Below, piece after piece: positions 57,626 to 64,000 of a stretch of DNA of 64,000 nucleotides. This DNA is from Methylobacter sp. Its GTDB lineage: Bacteria; Pseudomonadota; Gammaproteobacteria; Methylococcales; Methylomonadaceae. The translations under genes were made by a program, and so were the position numbers. A model generated the notes under the pieces. That model searched no databases. It was not told where the DNA came from and was given only the letters and a program-made list of their open reading frames with translations. Position 1 is the stretch's first letter. Each line of letters opens with the position of its first letter. The stretch is from assembly GCA_024636505.1 (NCBI GenBank), contig JAGXGY010000044.1, positions 9,319-73,318 of the forward strand, given 5' to 3'.

Positions 57626-60357
57626 CCATTAAGCCATTGCTCGAACAGTCCAGCCGCATTGCCTTAGCGGCTTTTCTGCATGATTTAGGGAAATTCGCTG
57701 AGCGGGCAAAAATCCCGGTTAACCAGGAAACCCTGGACGTCAACAAACAGCTCTATTGTCCGCACCGTAAAAAATTTACTGACGACAAGGGTTGGTTTAG
57801 CCATGTCCACGCCGCCTACACCGGCCTGGCAATGGATTTGATTGAAGAGTCGATGCCCGAATTAACCGGCGCTGATTTTGCGCCTTTCGGCTCATGGAAA
57901 ACCCAAGACGTTGATGATTCCTTTATCAATGCAGCGGCCAAACACCATAAACCGGAAACCTTTCTGCAATGGATTATCGCCACCGCCGACCGCGTGGCAT
58001 CGGGTTTTGACCGGGAAGAATTTGAACAATACAACCAAGCCGACGAAGGCACCTCCACCGGTAAAAACCATTACACCGCACGACAACTGCCACTGTTCGA
58101 GCAGATTCGGTTAAATAGCGACAGCCAGCAACAATATGCCTACCGTTACCCACTCAAACCCCTGTCACCCAACAGTATCTTTCCGGTTAAAGCCGCCAAC
58201 TGCGAAGGCAACGACGACAAGTCTGCACAAGATGAATATCTAAAACTCTGGCAAAGTTTTACCGACGCGCTAAAACTGATGCCCAAGTCGCACCGTAACA
58301 ACTGGTCATTATGGTTAGATCATTTTGAAACCGTATGGGGCGTTTATACCCAAGCGATACCTTCGGCAACCGCATTTAATATCCGCCCAGATGTGTCGTT
58401 GTACGACCATTCCCGTGTTGCGGCAGCCTTGGCGACAGCGTTATGGCGCTATCACCACGAATTCAAGCGGACGGATGCAGAAGCGGCCAAAGACCTTAAA
58501 GATCAGGAAGAAAGCTGGACAGAAAACAAATTTTTACTGATTCAGGGTGACTTTTTCGGCATTCAGGATTTCATCTTTGCCAGCGGCGGCGAAACCAACA
58601 AACGTGCAGCCAAACTGTTGCGCGGACGTTCTTTTTACGTGTCACTGCTCAGTGAATGTGCCGCGTTAAAAGTGTTGGATGCGTTAGATTTACCGTCCAC
58701 CAGCCAAGTGATTAATGCCGCCGGAAAATTCATGATCGTTGCCGCCAATACCCCGGCAATAGTCGAAAAACTACAGGAAGTGCAACAAGAACTCGATAGC
58801 TGGTTTTTGGCGCACAGCTGGGGGCAAGCGGGCGTTGGTCTAGCCTGGACAGAAGCGTCTTGTAATGATTTTCGTCGCAATTCTGATAATCGCGACGTGG
58901 GCGTCGCTCCCACAGTGGGAGCGACGCCCACGTCGCGACTAAAAACAGCCAGTCCCTACCAACAGCTCATCAAAAAACTATTCGATCAACTGGACATCAT
59001 CAAAAACCAGCGTTTCAACCTGTGCGCCAACACAGCAGCTCCTATTATTTTCAACGACTTCCTCGACGGCTTTGATAATGACAAAGGTGTGTGCAAAATT
59101 GACGGTCGCTCGCCGGCAAAAATATTGCTCAATAATGACATTTGGATAAGCGAGCTTGCCAATGACCAAATAAACACGGGCACTTGGCTGGCAAAAGCAG
59201 AACGGGAACGCATCTTGATCACCCGTAAGTCGCTGGGCATGGATACCGCTTTAAAAATCCCCATCTTTGGTTACCACATCAGCTTTGCAGAAAACGAAGA
59301 TGGACAGGGTAAATTCGGTGAACAAGTCAAAAACGGCAATTTGCTTAGAGCGTGGGATTTCTCCTTACCCAAATCAGCCGATCAAGCACTATGGAACGGC
59401 TACGCCCGGCGTACTATCAACGCCTACATACCGTTATTCGACGACAAAGCCCAGGCCGAAGCCGCATTAGGAAAATATGCAGGCGAAGACAAGCTAGTTT
59501 TAGAGGATGCCAAAACCCTTAACCATATTGCCTGTGAAGATCAAACCTTGCAGGACAATCACCAATGGCAAGGCATCAGCGCCTTATCGACGCTAAAAGG
59601 CGATGTCGACAACCTCGGCACCATCTTCCAAAACGGCTTGGGTGACGACACCAGCTTTAGCAAAACCGCTGCGCTATCCCGGCAAATAAACAATTTTTTT
59701 ACCGTCTATTTGCCGTGGCTATGCCAATCAGATGATCAATACCGAAATACTTACACCGTGTTTGCCGGTGGCGATGACTTCTTTTTAATTGGCCCGTGGC
59801 TATCGCAAATCAAATTGGCATCTAAAATTCGGCAAGCTTTTCAAGATTATGTCGCCAGCAATCCTGAAGTACACTTTTCGGCAGGTATCAGCACCACCAA
59901 GCCCGGCCTGCCGATAGGGCAGCTAGGAGACATGGCAGAAACTGCCTTGGAACAAGCCAAGGGACATAATCCTAAAGATGAAATGTTAGCACCCAAAAAC
60001 GCAGTAACCTGCTTCAACCAACCCATGTTTTGGGATGAATTCACCGCCTTGGAAACTAGAAGAAGTCGCCTACAAGAACTCAGCCAAGACAACAGCCTGA
60101 GTACCGGCTACGTCTACGGCTTGCTCACCTTGATTGACATGGCGGAAAAAGTGGGAGAAAGACCGGAAAACGCCCTTTGGCACAGCTATTTCGCTTACCG
60201 CACCGTGCGCATGCTGGAGCGCAACAAGCAACTCGACAAAGATCAGCGCAAACGGCGGCAAGCAGAACTCGCCGAAGAAATTGCTAATGCCGGTATTATC
60301 CGGCATGGCGGCAATTACCGGGTGGCGCTGTTTTGTCATCTGTACCAGCAACGCTAA
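57622..60357 (+). CDS. cas10: Type III-A Cas10/Csm1
   Basis: HD domain (FLHDLGKF), SLYDH, GDFFGIQDFI, LRGRSF, KGDVDNLG and FAGGDD palm motif. Confidence 0.96.
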   Translation: MTIKPLLEQSSRIALAAFLHDLGKFAERAKIPVNQETLDVNKQLYCPHRKKFTDDKGWFSHVHAAYTGLAMDLIEESMPELTGADFAPFGSWKTQDVDDSFINAAAKHHKPETFLQWIIATADRVASGFDREEFEQYNQADEGTSTGKNHYTARQLPLFEQIRLNSDSQQQYAYRYPLKPLSPNSIFPVKAANCEGNDDKSAQDEYLKLWQSFTDALKLMPKSHRNNWSLWLDHFETVWGVYTQAIPSATAFNIRPDVSLYDHSRVAAALATALWRYHHEFKRTDAEAAKDLKDQEESWTENKFLLIQGDFFGIQDFIFASGGETNKRAAKLLRGRSFYVSLLSECAALKVLDALDLPSTSQVINAAGKFMIVAANTPAIVEKLQEVQQELDSWFLAHSWGQAGVGLAWTEASCNDFRRNSDNRDVGVAPTVGATPTSRLKTASPYQQLIKKLFDQLDIIKNQRFNLCANTAAPIIFNDFLDGFDNDKGVCKIDGRSPAKILLNNDIWISELANDQINTGTWLAKAERERILITRKSLGMDTALKIPIFGYHISFAENEDGQGKFGEQVKNGNLLRAWDFSLPKSADQALWNGYARRTINAYIPLFDDKAQAEAALGKYAGEDKLVLEDAKTLNHIACEDQTLQDNHQWQGISALSTLKGDVDNLGTIFQNGLGDDTSFSKTAALSRQINNFFTVYLPWLCQSDDQYRNTYTVFAGGDDFFLIGPWLSQIKLASKIRQAFQDYVASNPEVHFSAGISTTKPGLPIGQLGDMAETALEQAKGHNPKDEMLAPKNAVTCFNQPMFWDEFTALETRRSRLQELSQDNSLSTGYVYGLLTLIDMAEKVGERPENALWHSYFAYRTVRMLERNKQLDKDQRKRRQAELAEEIANAGIIRHGGNYRVALFCHLYQQR
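58890..58938. repeat. REP family B 49-bp palindrome in frame in cas10
   Basis: TCGCGACGTGGGCGTCGCTCCCAC-A-GTGGGAGCGACGCCCACGTCGCGA, encoding RDVGVAPTVGATPTSR. Confidence 0.92.
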
Positions 60358-60370
60358 ATGTGGAAGCAGC

Positions 60371-60436
60371 TGTGGGAGCGACGCCTACGTCGCGACTAAC
60401 ACCACAGCAAATCGCGACGTGGGCGTCGCTCCCACA
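60371..60436. repeat. REP family B doublet between cas10 and csm2
   Basis: TGTGGGAGCGACGCCTACGTCGCGA...TCGCGACGTGGGCGTCGCTCCCACA. Confidence 0.9.
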
Positions 60437-60474
60437 TCTAACAACAACCAATAACATAAACACAGGACAACAGC

Positions 60475-60858
60475 ATGGACATCAAACTCAGCAAGACCGA
60501 TAACAAACTAGACCCGGACTTGTTCAACACCCTTGCCAAAAATGCCGCTATAGAAGTCGCAAGCGGCGGGGATAGAATCAACAAATCGACCCAGCTCAGA
60601 AAATTCTATGATGAACTGGTGCTATGGGATAACAAAGTGCAGCTTCATCCGGAAAAATTCGATGAATATCTGCCTTTTATCCGCATGCTCAATGCCAAAG
60701 TGGCCTACGCAGAAGGCCGTAAACTGGTCGATAGAAATTTTGTTGGCTTGCTCAACAGCGGCTTAAAACAAGTCATCTGCCCCGAAACATTACACACCTT
60801 CAAATTGTTCATGGAAGCCTTCATGGGTTTTTACAAACAAGTAAGAGACAAAGACTAA
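60475..60858 (+). CDS. csm2: Type III-A small subunit Csm2
   Basis: TQLRKFYDE, KVAYA.GR and FMEAFMGFYK. Confidence 0.93.
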   Translation: MDIKLSKTDNKLDPDLFNTLAKNAAIEVASGGDRINKSTQLRKFYDELVLWDNKVQLHPEKFDEYLPFIRMLNAKVAYAEGRKLVDRNFVGLLNSGLKQVICPETLHTFKLFMEAFMGFYKQVRDKD

Positions 60859-60871
60859 AGGAGACTTAACC

Positions 60872-61591
60872 ATGCAACTCACCAACATCCAAAAACTCAC
60901 CGGCCAAATCGAACTGCTCAGCGGCCTGCATATCGGCAGCGGCAACACCGAAATTCATATCGGCGGCACCGACAACCCGGTCATCAAAAACCCCATCACC
61001 CAGCAACCGTATATCCCCGGTTCCAGCATTAAAGGCAAAATGCGCAGTTTATTAGAATGGCAACTCGGCGTAGTCAGCCAAACCGACGGCCACCCGTTAA
61101 GTTTCAAACACCTGAAAAATTTGGACAATAAGCTATTGGCACCCGCCAAAGCCTTGATAAAACTGTTCGGCGGCGCACCCGATGGCGACATTGCTCCAGA
61201 GTTGCTCACCGAAATTGGCCCCAGCCGCCTAGCATTTTGGGATTGTTCACTGGTTGCCGAATGGGTCGAAGAGATGGATAAGAAAAACCTATTGCTCACC
61301 GAAGTCAAAATGGAAAATACCATTGACCGCATCAAAGGCACCGCCGAGCATCCGCGCAACACCGAGCGCGTCCCCGCTACCGCCAAATTCGACTTTAATC
61401 TGACCATTCGCGTCCATGATGGCGAAGACCTGAGCGAAACCTTATTAACCGGCCTTAAATTATTGGAACTCACCGGCTTGGGCGGATCGGGTTCACGCGG
61501 CTACGGTAAAATTGCCTTCCGTAATCTACAACTCGATGGACAAGATTTTCAAAGCAAACTCGATCAACTTAAGTTACAAGAGGTGGCCTAA
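60872..61591 (+). CDS. csm3: Type III-A backbone RAMP Csm3
   Basis: GLHIG, IGGTDN (catalytic Asp), PYIPGSSIKGKMRSLLE, EVKMENTIDR and LGGSGSRGYG. Confidence 0.96.
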   Translation: MQLTNIQKLTGQIELLSGLHIGSGNTEIHIGGTDNPVIKNPITQQPYIPGSSIKGKMRSLLEWQLGVVSQTDGHPLSFKHLKNLDNKLLAPAKALIKLFGGAPDGDIAPELLTEIGPSRLAFWDCSLVAEWVEEMDKKNLLLTEVKMENTIDRIKGTAEHPRNTERVPATAKFDFNLTIRVHDGEDLSETLLTGLKLLELTGLGGSGSRGYGKIAFRNLQLDGQDFQSKLDQLKLQEVA

Positions 61592-61836
61592 TGCAACCGA
61601 TACGCCAAATCTATTCAGATGCGCCCAGCAGCATCAGCATTCCCGAAGAACTTCAACATACCCCTGTCGAAGTGATTATCTGGCCGCTGAATAAAACCGA
61701 TGTCAGCACAGACATTGAAACCGATGACAACGGCTGGCCATTAGGTTTTTTTGAAGAAACGGCAGGGTGTTTGGTTGACGACCCTATTGAACGTGCGCCA
61801 CAAGGCGAATACGAACAACGGCTGGAGCTGAAATGA
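61591..61836 (+). CDS. Small VapB-like antitoxin-type protein
   Basis: I.IPEEL....VEVII...GWP.GFFE..AG....PIER.PQG.YE.R pattern typical of antitoxins upstream of PIN toxins; TAATG coupling to csm3. Confidence 0.6.
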   Translation: MQPIRQIYSDAPSSISIPEELQHTPVEVIIWPLNKTDVSTDIETDDNGWPLGFFEETAGCLVDDPIERAPQGEYEQRLELK

Positions 61837-61877
61837 TTTTTTTACTCAATGACGGCTTAACCGATTGGGAGGTTTAA
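61833..61877 (+). pseudogene. Internally deleted vapC/PIN toxin remnant (MIFLLNDGLTDWEV*)
   Basis: ATGA overlap with the antitoxin stop. The N-part resembles a PIN start (MIYLLD) and the C-part a PIN end (GL...DW). The stop abuts the csm4 ATG. Confidence 0.55.
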
Positions 61878-62984
61878 ATGAAGGCGTATCAGATAACCTT
61901 AAGCCTGCAATCGGCTTTTGCCACCTCCTTAAAAGGCGATACCTTGTTTGGGCAACTATGCTGGGCGCTGCGTAATCGCCTGGGTGAAACCCGATTAAAT
62001 GAATGCCTGCAAGGCTACACAGACCATCAACCGTTTGCCGTCATATCTGACGCATTTCCAGAAGGCTACCTGCCCCTGCCGAAATTACCGGGTTGTTTTT
62101 ACCAACTTCCGCCAGATGAAGATCGTAAAGCGGTAAAAAAACGTACTTGGTTGCCGGAAACCGAACTGCAACAGCCCATGAAGCAATGGCTCTGTCAGTC
62201 CGTCAACGCTAAGACTATTGCCAGTGGGAGCGAAGTTCGTGAGAGCGACGCCTTTATGCCCTTTAGGGTGCACGTCGCGACAAAACACAGCAACCTCAGC
62301 GAAAAACACCCGCAACCCCACAACACCATCAACCGCCACAGCAACACCACCGGCGAAAACGGCTTTGCGCCTTTCAGCATAGACCAAGAGTGGTTTAGCC
62401 CAGGCTTGCGTTGGCACCTCTACCTGTTGCTCGATACCACAAAACTCAGCATCGAACAATGCCAACAATGCCTAAGCGACATCGGCCAATTTGGTTTTGG
62501 TAAAGACGCCAGCATCGGCATGGGTAAATTCCACATTGAAAATATCCAAGAACAACCCTTACCTGCACAAGACAACGCCAACGCCTGTTTAACACTCGCG
62601 CCCTGCGCCCCGCAAGGCTTAAGTTTTGACGGCCCAAACAGCTATTACCAACTATTCACCCGCTTTGGCCGTCATGGCGACATTGCCGTACATCAGGAAG
62701 GCAAGCCGTTTAAAAATCCGCTGTTATTGGCACAAACCGCCGCTGTGTTTGCAACGGCGCCACCTAAATCGGGCTTTATCGGTCAAGGCATAGGCGGCCG
62801 TGGTGAATTATCCAAAACACTCAAAGCCACCGTACATCAAGGCTATGCCCCGGTAATTGCGGTGTATTTGGATGTAGATGCAAATGTAGGAGCGACGTCT
62901 ATGTCGCGACTAGCACAAGCCAATCGCGACGTAGGCGTCGCTCCCACAAAACAGCTCCCGAAAAATTGCTTCCACAACGGCTAG
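61878..62984 (+). CDS. csm4: Type III-A RAMP Csm4 with two REP-derived insertions
   Basis: GDTLFGQLCW, ISDAFP, HNTINR and GFGKDASIGMGKF. Confidence 0.92.
   Translation: MKAYQITLSLQSAFATSLKGDTLFGQLCWALRNRLGETRLNECLQGYTDHQPFAVISDAFPEGYLPLPKLPGCFYQLPPDEDRKAVKKRTWLPETELQQPMKQWLCQSVNAKTIASGSEVRESDAFMPFRVHVATKHSNLSEKHPQPHNTINRHSNTTGENGFAPFSIDQEWFSPGLRWHLYLLLDTTKLSIEQCQQCLSDIGQFGFGKDASIGMGKFHIENIQEQPLPAQDNANACLTLAPCAPQGLSFDGPNSYYQLFTRFGRHGDIAVHQEGKPFKNPLLLAQTAAVFATAPPKSGFIGQGIGGRGELSKTLKATVHQGYAPVIAVYLDVDANVGATSMSRLAQANRDVGVAPTKQLPKNCFHNG
62224..62281. repeat. REP family B copy in frame inside csm4
   Basis: GTGGGAGCGA..GAGAGCGACGCCT[TTATGCCCTTTAGGGTGC]ACGTCGCGAC. Confidence 0.82.
62885..62948. repeat. 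REP family B doublet in frame at the csm4 3' end
   Basis: TGTAGGAGCGACGTCTATGTCGCGA...TCGCGACGTAGGCGTCGCTCCCACA. Confidence 0.88.
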
Positions 62985-62992
62985 GCACATTT

Positions 62993-64000
62993 ATGACAAA
63001 CTTTTTAAATCACTACACGCTGAAATACACGCCACTATCGCCCATTCATATCGGCACCGATGAAAGCTACCAGCCGGGCAACTATGTCATTGACGACCAA
63101 GCAGGCGCCTTATACAGCTTTGACAGCCACGCCGCATTAGCCGGATTGACTGCCAGCGATAGACAGCAATTGTTAGCCATCGTCAACAGCAAGCCGGACG
63201 ACACCTTATTGACTAAAGTGCAGGCATTCTTTCATCATCACCGGGAAAAATTACTGGCCTTTGCCATGCCACCTGTTCCGACTGCAAGCGGCATCAAATC
63301 CTTGTACGAAAAACGTATTGGCAAGACCGCTCAACACGAAGGCCAGGGCAGGCGAGTCATCAACAAACTGGAAATCGAGCGTACCTTTTACAATCCCGTT
63401 AACGGCCAACCCTTGTTACCCGGCAGTAGCATTAAAGGTGCCATTCGCACCGCCTTACTCGATGGTATCAATAACGCAAAACCGTTAATTGACCGTAACG
63501 AACGCAACCAACAACTGCAAAAACGTTTATTCGATGGCGCATTCCACACCGACCCCATGCGCCTTGTCTCTATTGGTGATGCTGGCTGGCAAGGGAATCC
63601 CGACAAACCCGCTTGTCAGATTCAGTTTGCCGTCAACCGTAAACGCCAACCTGTCATCAAAGATGGCCAGTTAGTTAAATCACAAGCCGAAGCCAGCAAT
63701 CTCTATCAGCTTTTGGAATGCGTAGTACCCCACCATTATCAAAGCTTCACAGGCAGCTTAACTTTACACAACACCCAATCAGTCGCCCAAAATAATAGCA
63801 AACTGCCCAAACAACAGTTGCATTGGACAGCAAAAGACCTTACCCAAGCCTGTAACGCCTTTTACATGCCGCTATTTTGGCAAGAACTGGATGCCATGAA
63901 AGAGCGCGGCTATTTGAACGCCGATTGGCTAAAACAAATGGAACAATTGCTCAGTGACGGCTTATTGAAACGCCTGAATGACGGCGATGCCTTTTTGCTT
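62993..64000 (+). CDS. csm5: Type III-A RAMP Csm5 (truncated by window end)
   Basis: Manual translation MTNFLNHYTLKYTPLSPIHIG..., LPGSSIKGAIRTAL, DPMRLVSIGD. Follows csm4. Confidence 0.9.
   Translation, partial: MTNFLNHYTLKYTPLSPIHIGTDESYQPGNYVIDDQAGALYSFDSHAALAGLTASDRQQLLAIVNSKPDDTLLTKVQAFFHHHREKLLAFAMPPVPTASGIKSLYEKRIGKTAQHEGQGRRVINKLEIERTFYNPVNGQPLLPGSSIKGAIRTALLDGINNAKPLIDRNERNQQLQKRLFDGAFHTDPMRLVSIGDAGWQGNPDKPACQIQFAVNRKRQPVIKDGQLVKSQAEASNLYQLLECVVPHHYQSFTGSLTLHNTQSVAQNNSKLPKQQLHWTAKDLTQACNAFYMPLFWQELDAMKERGYLNADWLKQMEQLLSDGLLKRLNDGDAFLL

Noticed and set aside
63261-63674. Small ORFs near the window end
   Set aside because: Off-frame or antisense to csm5, which is open from 62993 to the end.
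55160-64000. CRISPR array near the cas genes
   Set aside because: No regularly spaced direct repeats with unique spacers. The recurring sequences are palindromic REP doublets, and the array is probably beyond the window.

Overview
This 64-kb window looks like a methanotrophic gammaproteobacterium (Methylococcaceae, Methylobacter-like), inferred from gene content and style. A housekeeping backbone (degP/mucD, nadB, trpS, queD, pap, gshA, cysH, tRNA-Ser, slyD, nagZ, ubiX, pqqABCDE) carries three accessory modules. (1) A ~15-kb atypical type IV filament / T2SS-like cluster with a sigma54 promoter, a PilZ-fused ATPase, a secretin and three pilin-like genes; one is a 717-aa GspG-like protein with 36 cysteines in ~17 Cys/Trp repeats. 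(2) A sigma54 activator divergent from pdo-rhodanese, sqr and sulP (sulfide oxidation). (3) The start of a type III-A CRISPR-Cas operon, with no array in the window. The non-coding DNA is rich in small mobile sequences: a RAYT REPtron with its REP family; a second REP family inserted in frame inside cas6, cas10 and csm4; and four to five ORF-less IS200/IS605-derived elements that keep their ends and a putative omegaRNA, two of them with their own sigma70 promoter. A vapC toxin gene appears to have collapsed to a 14-codon scar inside the csm operon. All calls come from reading motifs by eye; no database search was run.
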